A DNA stretch of 64,000 bases from positions 2,464,001-2,528,000 of the forward strand of contig OZ244042.1 in assembly GCA_965215015.1 (NCBI GenBank), given 5' to 3'. How positions within the stretch are numbered: the stretch's first letter is position 1; each line of letters begins with the position of its first letter. The notes under the pieces were generated by a model. That model was not told the DNA's origin. It saw nothing but the letters and a program-made list of their open reading frames with translations, and did not search any database. Origin of the DNA: Candidatus Poribacteria bacterium (GTDB lineage: Bacteria > Poribacteria > WGA-4E > PCPOR2b). The position numbers and the translations under genes were made by a program. Positions 50,791 to 61,037 of the stretch are shown one piece after another.

Positions 50791-51897
50791 TCAACCGCCG
50801 GGGATGTAAAGGGTTCGATCCACGACAGGTAGCCCCACGCGAGCACCGCCTTGCAAGTGCGAGTGCGCGATACCAAACTGTGCCTCCACCGATTGCATCG
50901 TTACGTCAATATTTCCTGCGGTACGTTCGCCCGTTTCAATCTCGCGGATAATGTTGCGAATCGTGCACACCGTAGGGCTTTCGCCGCTCGGTTTAATAAC
51001 TTTTTCATCAACAGCAGCCCCGCCCTTCGCGCTGCGACGGACGCAGAAAACATCGCCGTTGTCCCATGCGTAGGCGTGTCCTTCAGTGCCGTGTACATCA
51101 ACGCTGAATGGGCCAGATATAGGCAGAAAAATTCCCTCTGTATCGTTCTCATACCCGATTCGGAAAAATCCGACCATGGGATCGGCAATTTCTTCTCCAG
51201 GGGGTGGCACAAAGCAATGCCCGTCTGCATCGTAATCCGGGTACGCGCGTGGACGTTGATTCGCGTCTGCAGCCAATGGCTCACCCCGCTGTACAAGGCG
51301 TCCTTCCACCCAAGTTGGCATTGGATCGCCAAGCAACATGGCTACGAGGTCCAGTGTGTGCGGGTGGTGCTTGATTATGTCAGTATAACTTGACATCACC
51401 GCATAGCGTGGTTCACCGATATCCCCCTGAACAATGGCGTCACGCATCCGAATATAACCGTCATGATGCCGGCGCATTGCTCCCCAATTGAAGGCGACGT
51501 TATTTGCCTTACACGCGGCGGTAATGCGGTCGGCTTCCGCCAGCGAGGCACACAGTCCCTTCTCGGAATATACCCCTCGTACCCCATGCTCTGCCGCGAA
51601 AATAATTGGTTCAGCACGGGCGAATGACGGCGTGGTCACGCTCACGATGTCGGGCTTTTCTCGCTCAATCATCTCGCGATAATCGAGATAAGTGTTGGTA
51701 GTACCGAACCGATCGGTGAACCGTTTCAGACGTTCCGCCCCACGATTAGCAACGGCTACCACCTCAGTTTGCTCAATGGCGGCATAGGCACTGAAGTGGC
51801 CATAAGGGCTTGAAAATTGATTGACAGAGAGCTCATCTTCAATTAAACCGCCCATACGACCTGTGCCAATAATAGCAACACGGTATAAATTCGTCAT
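50791..51897 (-). CDS. Gfo/Idh/MocA oxidoreductase
   Basis: IIGTGRMG, YLDYREMIE.EKPDIVSV, EK motif. Confidence 0.85.
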   Translation of the reverse strand: MTNLYRVAIIGTGRMGGLIEDELSVNQFSSPYGHFSAYAAIEQTEVVAVANRGAERLKRFTDRFGTTNTYLDYREMIEREKPDIVSVTTPSFARAEPIIFAAEHGVRGVYSEKGLCASLAEADRITAACKANNVAFNWGAMRRHHDGYIRMRDAIVQGDIGEPRYAVMSSYTDIIKHHPHTLDLVAMLLGDPMPTWVEGRLVQRGEPLAADANQRPRAYPDYDADGHCFVPPPGEEIADPMVGFFRIGYENDTEGIFLPISGPFSVDVHGTEGHAYAWDNGDVFCVRRSAKGGAAVDEKVIKPSGESPTVCTIRNIIREIETGERTAGNIDVTMQSVEAQFGIAHSHLQGGARVGLPVVDRTLYIPGG

Positions 51898-52260
51898 ATT
51901 CTCTCCTTTTGACAGGCATGAAATTTCTAAATCGAGATACAAACGAAGAAGATACCAAGACACACTCTGACACTTGGCTGATTAAAGTGGCAACTTGCGT
52001 TATTATAGCATAATTGTCGCGGGATAATTCAAAAATAGATTGACACTTTCACCGAATTTTGGGTCGCACGAAAACTTTCCAATCTGGCACAATTAGATTG
52101 TTCCCCCGAAACGCTCCCGATTCCCAAGAAAATCTACAACCAATTATCGCTCACAACCCACCGATTTGTCAATTCGTATCACGCTTGCTAATTATTATTG
52201 AGATATGGTATCCTCATGGTGGCATTATAGCATTTTTCAGAAATGGAGATATCTACCATT

Positions 52261-53277
52261 ATGAAACCTGTTCGTTTGGGATTTATTGGTCTCGGCCATA
52301 TCACTACTCGGTCACACCTGCCGGCACTCGCGCCGTTAGTCGAAGCCGGCGAGGTCACTTTACAAGCATTCTGCGATATCAATGAAGATACTGCGAAAAC
52401 ACAAGCGGCAACCTTTGGTGCACAAGCAATCTACACCGACCACCACGAAATGTTGGAGAAAGAAAACCTTGACGCTGTCTATCTCTGCATTCCGCCGACA
52501 TTCCACACAGACGAAATCCTAACTGCTGCGGGCAAGGGGTTTGCTATCTTTGTCGAAAAACCGCAAACGCTGGATATGGCGCAAGCCGTTCGGTTCGATG
52601 CAGCTATCCAAAAAGCGGGCGTTGTCTCCCAAGTTGGCTTTATGAGCCGTTATTATCCGGCGGCGGAGGAAGTGTGTCGGAGGCTACCAGAACGCACGTT
52701 GCGCCACGCCTTGGTGCAACGTCTCTACAGCGGCAATCCGATCCGCTACTGGACTAGCCGCTTTGAGTTATGCGGTGGTTCGTTTGTTGAGAACACCATC
52801 CACACGGTAGATTTATTGCGGTATTTCTTGGGAGATATCGAGGCAGTATCAGCGTTCTACGTCGAGCGGAGGCCCGGCGAAGGTCCTGAGCCGATGAATA
52901 TGCCGCATGTCTACAACGTCAATTACCGCTTCACTAGCGGTGTCACTGCCAATGTAAGTGTTTCACGGGTGCTGACAAATGTGAGCATTTCACGGCAGAG
53001 TGTTATGCTGGTCAGCGATGATTCGCTGATTGAGTGGTCAGGACAAAAAGTTGTGGAGAATGGTGAGACTGTCTGGGAAATGGCGGAAAATGTTAACCCT
53101 TTTGCCTTGCAAGCGCGAGCATTTGTCAAAGCTGTGCGGTCTGGCGATGCCAGTATGATGCGGAGCTCTTATACAACCAGCATGAATAGTCTAGCAGCAG
53201 TTCTCGGTGCGAATGCATCGGCGGCACAAGGCGGCGAGTTGATTCAACTGGAGGATTTTACTGCCGGCCGCATCTGA
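52261..53277 (+). CDS. Gfo/Idh/MocA oxidoreductase
   Basis: GFIGLGHI, FVEKP, GGSFVENTIHTVD. Confidence 0.88.
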   Translation: MKPVRLGFIGLGHITTRSHLPALAPLVEAGEVTLQAFCDINEDTAKTQAATFGAQAIYTDHHEMLEKENLDAVYLCIPPTFHTDEILTAAGKGFAIFVEKPQTLDMAQAVRFDAAIQKAGVVSQVGFMSRYYPAAEEVCRRLPERTLRHALVQRLYSGNPIRYWTSRFELCGGSFVENTIHTVDLLRYFLGDIEAVSAFYVERRPGEGPEPMNMPHVYNVNYRFTSGVTANVSVSRVLTNVSISRQSVMLVSDDSLIEWSGQKVVENGETVWEMAENVNPFALQARAFVKAVRSGDASMMRSSYTTSMNSLAAVLGANASAAQGGELIQLEDFTAGRI

Positions 53278-53316
53278 TAAAGTACTGCTGGCACTTTAGG
53301 TAGTAGCGTGTGTCAA

Positions 53317-54162
53317 TTACATCTTTTGCTTTTTCTGTGAACCAGCGGGGTGATAGTACGGTTCCAGCAATAGGTGTGACTTAGCGGGGTCAGCGGCGGT
53401 ACGTGCTAGTAAACTGGCTGAAGGTTCGCAGCAGGTCCAGTTGACCATGTACGAAGGACCGTACTGATACGACAACCAAGCGTGCGTTTCATGGGTTGGC
53501 GGTTTGAATGCGTGAGACAAGCTCTCGGTGAATAACACACCCGATCCGGCTTGTAATGGAACACTGCACAGCGGTTGAATTACATCCAGATCCGTATTCT
53601 CATAGGGGTGTGGAAGACTCGCTTTGTGGCTGGCAGGGATAACACAGAACGCCCCATCGCCATCGGCAGTGTCAGCCAATGCAATCAGGCAGGTGATCAT
53701 CAGACAACGGAATTGACCATTTCCAAAGCAACGGTAACGGGCATAACGTCTTGGATCCGCATCACCGCCTTGGGTAAGCCGGCTGAGGCTTCCCGATGCT
53801 CTGAGTATTGCCCGTGAGCCGATGAGACGGTACTGGCGTCCCCAGATGAATTCCTGCACATAATCGCGGACACGGGGGAGTGCCATGGCATCCTCAACCG
53901 CGTCCCCTGCTTCAATTATGTTGACCAATTCGCATCCATGGAAACCCTTCGGCAAAAGCGTGATATTTTTCGGTGCTGCTGTCTTAATTCTTGCTAGCGT
54001 ATCCTGTGCCTGCGAAACTTGGTCCGGAGTCAGAAGATCCTTCAACACTAGATAGCCGGCGGTGTCGAAGAAATGCTTATCTTCAACGGAGGTCTCGGAC
54101 TCACCGAGGCCAATCTGCAAGTCAAAAACATCTTCTTCCGTGGCTGGTTTCATGGAATTCAC
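53317..54162 (-). CDS. PhyH-family Fe(II)/2OG dioxygenase-like protein (first His replaced)
   Basis: FFDTAGYLVLKDLL, IALAD..DGAFCVIPASHK, FTESLSH. Confidence 0.8.
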   Translation of the reverse strand: MNSMKPATEEDVFDLQIGLGESETSVEDKHFFDTAGYLVLKDLLTPDQVSQAQDTLARIKTAAPKNITLLPKGFHGCELVNIIEAGDAVEDAMALPRVRDYVQEFIWGRQYRLIGSRAILRASGSLSRLTQGGDADPRRYARYRCFGNGQFRCLMITCLIALADTADGDGAFCVIPASHKASLPHPYENTDLDVIQPLCSVPLQAGSGVLFTESLSHAFKPPTHETHAWLSYQYGPSYMVNWTCCEPSASLLARTAADPAKSHLLLEPYYHPAGSQKKQKM

Positions 54163-54212
54163 CTTCCGGTTTCTCAGGAATTATGTCCGCTTCCAATTGA
54201 TCTGTCCCAATA

Positions 54213-55037
54213 TTAGCGAACATCAATTTGGGCTGCATCAGCAAACGGGGGAGGTCCTTGGATAAGTTCAAGGCGGCGTGGGGTGGCACGCTGCTCAAAA
54301 CCCTCCGCTGTCATTGCTAGACCGTGCCAGGTACAGTGAAACGCCGGTGCGTAGGAATAAAACAACGTCCGGCGCACTTTCGATCTATGGTTCTCCACCG
54401 CCCCATGGGATAGGTCTTCGGAGAAGATGATGGCATCGCCTGCCTGACACGGCAGCGGCTGTACAAGTGGGTGGCTGGGATCCGGAATCTGTCCCACAAG
54501 TGGATTGGTGAAGTTACTCTTGTGACTACCGGGGATAACGGCAAAACAGCCATCGTCGACATCAACATCTGTCAAGGCATAGCCGATTTTCACACTCACA
54601 CACTTGAATTCTCCGTGCCGAAAAGCATACTCGCTATAAGGTAATAACTCCGCATAACCGTGATGGAACCGAAATGCTCCTCCGCTATTGCGCGACATGA
54701 AGCTGGCTGCATCGAGTCGACTCGGTTCGCCAATCATCTCCTCAATATAGTGAAGCGTCTGCGGCAAATCAATGAGCTCTTCAAAGGGACCGCCATAGCG
54801 GAGCACCTCACAGTCATAATCCCCCAAGGCGCCCTCCGGCGGGGCACCTGTCTGGGCGTAGACGTTATCCGAGTCGCGATATTTCCTTTCAGCCCCCAAG
54901 ACTGCTGTTTGACTATCATTGAGCGTTTCGAGGTAATCTATCGTGTCATTAAGGCGGCGACGCATATCGGGGGACAGCACCTCTCGCACTACCAAGTATC
55001 CGTGCAGGTCAAACAGGTATCTTTCTTCCGGGGTCAT
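54213..55037 (-). CDS. PhyH-family Fe(II)/2OG dioxygenase-like protein
   Basis: YLFDLHGYLVV, FHHG, VIPGSHK, AGDAIIFSEDLSHG, RR. Confidence 0.85.
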   Translation of the reverse strand: MTPEERYLFDLHGYLVVREVLSPDMRRRLNDTIDYLETLNDSQTAVLGAERKYRDSDNVYAQTGAPPEGALGDYDCEVLRYGGPFEELIDLPQTLHYIEEMIGEPSRLDAASFMSRNSGGAFRFHHGYAELLPYSEYAFRHGEFKCVSVKIGYALTDVDVDDGCFAVIPGSHKSNFTNPLVGQIPDPSHPLVQPLPCQAGDAIIFSEDLSHGAVENHRSKVRRTLFYSYAPAFHCTWHGLAMTAEGFEQRATPRRLELIQGPPPFADAAQIDVR

Positions 55038-55095
55038 GTAGTATGCTCCTATATTTAGGTTGGCTCCGTTGGAATGTGATAGTATCGGAGACATT

Positions 55096-55365
55096 TTAGT
55101 CTGTCTCATCGAAGCCACTTTCAATTAATTTCGATAGTGCTTCAACAGCCTCTTCTTCATCCGGTCCATCTGCCCTAATCATAAGTTGAGTACCGCGGCT
55201 AGCCGCTAACATCATGATGCCCATGATACTTTTTGCGTTTACTTTCATCAACCCTTTTTGGATATAGATATTGCAAGAGAACTGATTCGCCTCTTGGGAC
55301 AGCACGCCGGCAGGACGGGCGTGCAAACCGAGCGCATTGCGAATTGTTACCAACTGTTCAACCAT
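55096..55365 (-). CDS. ptsH: HPr phosphocarrier
   Basis: GLHARPA, NAKSIMG. Confidence 0.95.
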   Translation of the reverse strand: MVEQLVTIRNALGLHARPAGVLSQEANQFSCNIYIQKGLMKVNAKSIMGIMMLAASRGTQLMIRADGPDEEEAVEALSKLIESGFDETD

Positions 55366-55400
55366 AGCTATCTCCCTTATCAGCTGATGAAAGTTGAACG

Positions 55401-56420
55401 TTAAATTATTCTCGACTTCGTTGGCTTCAAAATTTCGCGATGAAGAGTTGTATGCTGCCATTCGTCGATCACCGCTTCATCGTTCTGCTCTACCATTTCT
55501 GCAATGAGGGTTTCATTTAGCTCTCTCGCCGCGTGAAAGCCCAATTTTCGCCCCCAGAGATTCATTGCTGCAGCTTCGATCAGGTTTGAGATATTTCGCC
55601 CGGGTGCCACAGGGATGACAACGTATGGTATCTTTTCGTTGTGGAAGCTGTAGACCTCCTCATCAAATCCCGTTCGATCGTACACTTTGGCTTCATCCCA
55701 AAGCTCAAGTGTCACGACCAGTTCAACTTGGGTGCGATCACCGACCGCAGTGACTCCAAAGAGGCCAATTACATCAATAATCCCTAATCCCCGGACCTCC
55801 ATATAGTGTTTCAACGGTTGGGCGCGCATCCCGAAAACACGGTGGCCCGATACACGTTTCAAAAGTACAGTATCGTCAGCAATGAGACGATGGCCTCTTT
55901 GCAAGAGCTCCAAGGCGCATTCACTTTTGCCAATTCCACTTTCGCCGAGGATCAAGACGCCGACCCCGAACACATCAACCAAGTTGCCATGAACATGCTC
56001 CGATGGCCCAAATTCATCTTCGAGGAATAGTAACAGTCGCGTTGTGAAAACGGCAGATGATAGCCGAGTCGCCAAGATGGGTATATTTACATGATTGCTA
56101 ATAGCGACAAGTTCTGAAGGGATTGGCAGATTATTTGTAACGACCACGCATGGGAGAGTGTACGAGAAGAATTTCTGTAAGATTTGAGTTCGTTCTGACG
56201 GAGGAAGGTTCTCTATATATGCCATCTCGCCATGCCCTAAAATCTGAATCCGTTCATGCCCAAAGTAATCATAATGTCCACACAAAGCAAGCCCTGGACG
56301 GTTCGACTCCGCTGTTTTAAGCGCACGATCTAGTCCATCATGACCAGCTGTGACCTCAAGTTGTAATTCGTAGCCGGCATATTTGATTAACTGACAAACC
56401 GTCATTATGTGGTCTAGCAT
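55401..56420 (-). CDS. hprK: HPr kinase/phosphorylase
   Basis: GESGIGKSE, LIADD, EVRGLGII, PGRN. Confidence 0.95.
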   Translation of the reverse strand: MLDHIMTVCQLIKYAGYELQLEVTAGHDGLDRALKTAESNRPGLALCGHYDYFGHERIQILGHGEMAYIENLPPSERTQILQKFFSYTLPCVVVTNNLPIPSELVAISNHVNIPILATRLSSAVFTTRLLLFLEDEFGPSEHVHGNLVDVFGVGVLILGESGIGKSECALELLQRGHRLIADDTVLLKRVSGHRVFGMRAQPLKHYMEVRGLGIIDVIGLFGVTAVGDRTQVELVVTLELWDEAKVYDRTGFDEEVYSFHNEKIPYVVIPVAPGRNISNLIEAAAMNLWGRKLGFHAARELNETLIAEMVEQNDEAVIDEWQHTTLHREILKPTKSRII

Positions 56421-56622
56421 TCGACTGTTCCTTTGGTAGATTAGCCTCAGTTTTTCTTATCAGTGTGACAGCTTAGGGTACTATTTACTTGCGATTCAAG
56501 TGAAGGGAAGGAGCACTCAATGGATTGGGACAGGCTATACTCGGAGGAGAATCGGAGCGAACGTATATAGCTTGATAAGATTTGGACCCTCCGTCAACGG
56601 AGAGCATCATCCCTGAAGAACC

Positions 56623-57192
56623 CTAAACAAATTGAGGTTCGACCCATCCATACTCACCGTTATCATCTTCGTATACGAGGTTGACTTGATTCGTCCGCGC
56701 GTTTAAGAAAAGCAACAATACATCTCCAGAGGTCCGAAGCTGCATCACAGCCTCACCCACGCTCATCGGCTTGGAGGCGAATTTTTCGGGGGCCTTGAAG
56801 TGAGGCACCGGCATATTTGATAGATCACCTGTATCCAATTCCACCGGTGCGCCTTCCTTATTACCGCTTAATTGCATCGCAACCTCACGCCGAGGCAGAC
56901 GCTGTCGCCGATCCTTAATTCTCTCTTTATGGCGGCGAATCTGTGTCTCAATTTTGTCTATTACATCGTCTAGCGATGAGAAAACATCGTGCGTTTCACC
57001 TTGGGCATGGAAGGTCGCTTTCCGTGTTGCAAGCATAATTTCCACTTGGTGGCGGTTTTTCTCCACCTCCATAACCACCTGAAAATCGATAACAGGGCTA
57101 AAAATCGTTTCAATCTTCTTAGCACGTTTCTCAATGTAAGTTCGAATATCATCTGTAATTTCAAAGTGACGGCTAGTAAGATGGATATGCAT
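56623..57192 (-). CDS. hpf: Long ribosome hibernation promoting factor
   Basis: RaiA N-domain plus KPMSVGEAVMQ C-domain. Confidence 0.92.
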   Translation of the reverse strand: MHIHLTSRHFEITDDIRTYIEKRAKKIETIFSPVIDFQVVMEVEKNRHQVEIMLATRKATFHAQGETHDVFSSLDDVIDKIETQIRRHKERIKDRRQRLPRREVAMQLSGNKEGAPVELDTGDLSNMPVPHFKAPEKFASKPMSVGEAVMQLRTSGDVLLLFLNARTNQVNLVYEDDNGEYGWVEPQFV

Positions 57193-57270
57193 ACCTTAGA
57201 CTCCCTTTTTTGAATTAATGCTGCATTGGCAACTGCCGATTCATTACCAATCGACAAGTCGTTAATTACC

Positions 57271-58974
57271 CTACCATTTCCTTTTCCTTTTGGGAGAGGG
57301 TAGAATATCAAGCTCCTCACGGTATTTGGCAACAGTTCGTCTTGCCGTATGAATTCCCTGCGCTTCCAGCGCATCAGAGATTGCCTTATCGCTTAACGGT
57401 TTGGCTGTATCCTCATTTTCAATCATATTCTTAATCTTTTCTTTGACTGTGGTTGCAGCCACATTTGATCCGGAATCGGTCGCGAGCTCACCGCTGAAGA
57501 AATATTTCAGTCTATAGATACCTCGGGGCGTTTCGACGTACTTATTCGACGTGACCCGGCTGACGGTTGACTCATGGACATCCACCATCTCTGCTATCTG
57601 CTTCAATACTAAAGGTTTAAGTCCCTCAACACCCTGTTCCAAGAAATCGGACTGTACTTTAAAAATTGCGTCTGTTACCCTTGCAATCGTTTGTCGACGC
57701 TGAACAATACTTTGTAACAAATCTCTTGCCTGAGTTCTATGAACCTCTAGCCACTCCCTCGTTTTGGGTTCTAAGTTCTTGTTCCCATTCATCATCCAAT
57801 CGATATAGACGGGATTCAAACGAAGTCGAGGCATACCGTCCTCATTTGTAGTGATTCGGTATTCTCCATCAATTTTTTCAACGGTGACATCGGGCACAAT
57901 CGTTTCGGGAGCTCTGGGATCTCTTGGATCCGAAAAGTGGCGCCCCGGATAGGGATCCAAAGTCCCAATTAGTTCCCGTGCTTCTACAATCTCACTGATT
58001 GGCACCTCAAGCCCCTGGGCGATACGCTGCAGATGATTGTTCGTTAAATCCGCCCAATGGTGCTTGATAATCTCTTCTGCAAGTGGACAATCAATGTGAG
58101 CAGCTCTCATCTGTGTGAGAAGAGTTTCTGGGATTGTTCGGTAGGCAATACCGATGGGCTCAAAATGGTTTTGAATGAAGTGCAAGGCAGCCTCTACCTC
58201 CTCCACGTCACAACCGACGGAGGCTGCAATATCTTCGAGGGTGATGCTATAGATTTGTAGCTGATCCTCTTCCGCTCTGACTGTGTAGGTCTGTTCATAC
58301 TCCACATCGGTTATCAGCCAACAGCTATTTTCCGATTTCACAGCAACCGTCGCATTTTGAGACACCGAAATTTCGTCATTTTCAAGTGCCTTACGCAGCC
58401 CTTTTTCAATCGCTTTTCGTAGGGTTTCTGAGAGTATCCCATTGTCTAAATCACTTTGGAACGAGAGATATATGCCAAACAGGGGGACAGTCCACAACCG
58501 CCCATTATCATCGAGATTACCAATAATCTGCTCACCAATTCTCCGTTCCATTTCCGAAAAAGGAGCAACACTGAGTTGTTCTATCAGAAAATCATGCAGC
58601 GACTGGAAGTAAGCAATATCCGCGGGACGCCGGTCCTCGTTGTTATCCCAATGTTCAAACTCCCCGCTCTCACCCCGATGGAAAGAATCATCCAGAAAAT
58701 CCTTCCAATCAAAATCTGGTTCCTTATCCTCACGGTCAATAATCTCTTCAGGTTCGTTCCATTGGGTGTCTGGATCGAGGCCTTCTAAATCGGTAATTTC
58801 TTCAATCTCATCATCCTGTATTTCCTCTAAGAGCGGATTTTGCTCCAATTGCTGACTCAAATGTTGTGTCAGATCCAACCGTGACATCAGAAGTACCTGA
58901 ATCGCTTCCTGTAATTTGGGCGTCATGACCAGCCGGTGGCGTAAGTTCGCACTGTATCTCATTCCAACGTTCAT
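57271..58974 (-). CDS. rpoN: RNA polymerase sigma-54 factor with internal insertion
   Basis: MTPKLQEAI, HESTVSRVT, RpoN box ARRTVAKYRE. Confidence 0.96.
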   Translation of the reverse strand: MNVGMRYSANLRHRLVMTPKLQEAIQVLLMSRLDLTQHLSQQLEQNPLLEEIQDDEIEEITDLEGLDPDTQWNEPEEIIDREDKEPDFDWKDFLDDSFHRGESGEFEHWDNNEDRRPADIAYFQSLHDFLIEQLSVAPFSEMERRIGEQIIGNLDDNGRLWTVPLFGIYLSFQSDLDNGILSETLRKAIEKGLRKALENDEISVSQNATVAVKSENSCWLITDVEYEQTYTVRAEEDQLQIYSITLEDIAASVGCDVEEVEAALHFIQNHFEPIGIAYRTIPETLLTQMRAAHIDCPLAEEIIKHHWADLTNNHLQRIAQGLEVPISEIVEARELIGTLDPYPGRHFSDPRDPRAPETIVPDVTVEKIDGEYRITTNEDGMPRLRLNPVYIDWMMNGNKNLEPKTREWLEVHRTQARDLLQSIVQRRQTIARVTDAIFKVQSDFLEQGVEGLKPLVLKQIAEMVDVHESTVSRVTSNKYVETPRGIYRLKYFFSGELATDSGSNVAATTVKEKIKNMIENEDTAKPLSDKAISDALEAQGIHTARRTVAKYREELDILPSPKRKRKW

Positions 58975-59115
58975 GACTTAATCTCCTCAAATAATTGCGT
59001 AGGTTCTGGATTTGCTAAAGCCTCTTCAGGTCCTCACAAAACTTTATTATGATCGCTCGATTTTAGGTGCCCGTAACTAGTGAGCACCATCCGATATCCC
59101 TATTCCAAATAGAGA

Positions 59116-59859
59116 CTATATCCGAGATCGCCACAATTCAAAATTATGCCCCAAATACTGCTCCCTAGCGATTTCACTTTCAACAAGTGTTTCAGGCGTG
59201 CCGCTTAACGTGATTTTCCCATCGGTAATTAAATAAGCACGGTCAACGATTCCTAGCATTTCCGCAGCATTGTGGTCTGTGATTAACACGCCCAGATTTC
59301 GCTCGCGTAAGTGTAGGATGAGCTGCTTAATATCTTGCACCGCAATTGGATCTATGCCCGAAAATGGCTCATCCAACAAAATAAAAGACGGAGATGCTGC
59401 CAAGGCTCTTGCGATTTCAGCGCGACGACATTCCCCACCCGAAAGAGTATATGCCTTACGATTTGCCAATTCAGAAATGCCAAGCTCTTCCATCAGTTGT
59501 TCACTTTGTTGTTCACGCTCGCTTTTCGGAATATCACGCACTTCTAAAATGGCTTCGATGTTTTGCTTGACCGTCAGTTTCCGAAAGATAGAGGTTTCTT
59601 GAGCGAGATAACCGATACCCCGTCGTGCGCGTTTATACATCGGCAAAAATGTGATGTCTTCATTGTCATAAATGATTTGCCCTGCATTGGGGCGAATCAA
59701 CCCGACAACCATATAAAATGTCGTGGACTTTCCCGCACCGTTTGGTCCCAGCAAGCCGACAATCTCACCTGTCTGCACTTCAAGGCTGACTCGGTCTACA
59801 ACAATGGGTCCACGTCTTGTATAACTTTTAACAAGTTCATGGGTTTGAAGGAGTGCCAC
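59116..59859 (-). CDS. lptB: LPS export ABC ATPase
   Basis: GPNGAGKST, GIGYLAQE, LSGGE, DEPF, ITDHN. Confidence 0.95.
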   Translation of the reverse strand: MALLQTHELVKSYTRRGPIVVDRVSLEVQTGEIVGLLGPNGAGKSTTFYMVVGLIRPNAGQIIYDNEDITFLPMYKRARRGIGYLAQETSIFRKLTVKQNIEAILEVRDIPKSEREQQSEQLMEELGISELANRKAYTLSGGECRRAEIARALAASPSFILLDEPFSGIDPIAVQDIKQLILHLRERNLGVLITDHNAAEMLGIVDRAYLITDGKITLSGTPETLVESEIAREQYLGHNFELWRSRI

Positions 59860-60466
59860 TGTTTTCTTCCTCCTCTCCCTCTCCTTCCTGCGAATCTGAT
59901 TCTGGCTCCTCTTTGGATTTTACGCGAAACCGAACCTTTATGTTTCCCTCTCCGGAACGTTCCCCGGTACGACGATTATATGTGAAAGTATCTGCTTCCA
60001 GTCGATCTTCATTTTGGAGAACGATGACATCATCGCGAAATTTTATAATATCAGTGAGGTGGTTCAAGACCGCGTGTGCACAAGTGACAAAAATATCCCC
60101 ATCCCGAAGCTCGACGTTCCCTTCTGCAACGGTTTTGACGGTTTCATTCGTTTTAACATTTTCATGAATAGTCACTTTATCAGCGTTCAGGAAGCCATCA
60201 GGTCTTTCGATTTGAACGCTACCAGTAAAAATAGTCACCCCTTCTTTTTCACGTTGCTCAAAGCGGTCTGCATGTTTGACATCAATCACATCTTCATCTG
60301 CAACCGTTTCATCGCCCATTGCCTCTGGTTGAAAGGAAGCTGCTTCTTGTTCATCGACTGGGAACGCACGACTGTTAAGTAACAAAACGCTAAAGAGTAT
60401 ACAAACTGTGCAAAGCAAAACCACAGGGAGGCTAGGTATTGTTGTAAAATTAATTCTCAGTTGCAT
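59837..60466 (-). CDS. lptA: LptA/OstA-like protein
   Basis: Beta-jellyroll pattern (FTGSVQI, AEGNVEL) and position in the lpt operon; start approximate. Confidence 0.75.
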   Translation of the reverse strand: MQLRINFTTIPSLPVVLLCTVCILFSVLLLNSRAFPVDEQEAASFQPEAMGDETVADEDVIDVKHADRFEQREKEGVTIFTGSVQIERPDGFLNADKVTIHENVKTNETVKTVAEGNVELRDGDIFVTCAHAVLNHLTDIIKFRDDVIVLQNEDRLEADTFTYNRRTGERSGEGNIKVRFRVKSKEEPESDSQEGEGEEEENSGTPSNP

Positions 60467-61037
60467 CAAATTTCTCATCCTTTGGATAAATTTTAGATCG
60501 AACATCTTTCATAATAACAATTTCAAGTGCCGGATCGCCTTCCATTTCTCTGCCGACCATTGTTGAGTCTCCCCGCACAATCGTGGAGATATTCGGTGCG
60601 TACAATTTACCATCACTATCTTGCCAGTGAAGTTCATCGGTGTATAATTGCCCGTCTTGACTCTTTCCAACAACATTCTCAAAAATATGAATATCATTAC
60701 TCGACTCGATGATCTCGCCCCGATCCCCTATTATCGTTATTCCCCACTTGCCATCTTTAAAGAGTTGGACTGTTGGGTTTTGAAGCTCCACAATCTCTTT
60801 CAAAAATGTCGCTTTATTGGCAACAAGCGTCCACCGCACGATACCCCCTTCTGTGTGTTTAGTTGAGAAGGCATACAGTATCTGTTGCGGGTTTTCTTGG
60901 ACCGGTTGTGTCGGTTCTTCGTCTGTCTTATCGCAGCCAATAGTAAACAGGTTCAAAACTACCAAAAGGAGATATGCGTGGAACATGAGACCCAAGCCTA
61001 TATGCCGGTTATTTAGGTTGTGTTTTCCAGCGTTCAT
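60450..61037 (-). CDS. lptC: LPS export protein LptC
   Basis: TM/lipobox, WTLVA, LYTDELHW; synteny. Confidence 0.75.
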   Translation of the reverse strand: MNAGKHNLNNRHIGLGLMFHAYLLLVVLNLFTIGCDKTDEEPTQPVQENPQQILYAFSTKHTEGGIVRWTLVANKATFLKEIVELQNPTVQLFKDGKWGITIIGDRGEIIESSNDIHIFENVVGKSQDGQLYTDELHWQDSDGKLYAPNISTIVRGDSTMVGREMEGDPALEIVIMKDVRSKIYPKDEKFDATEN

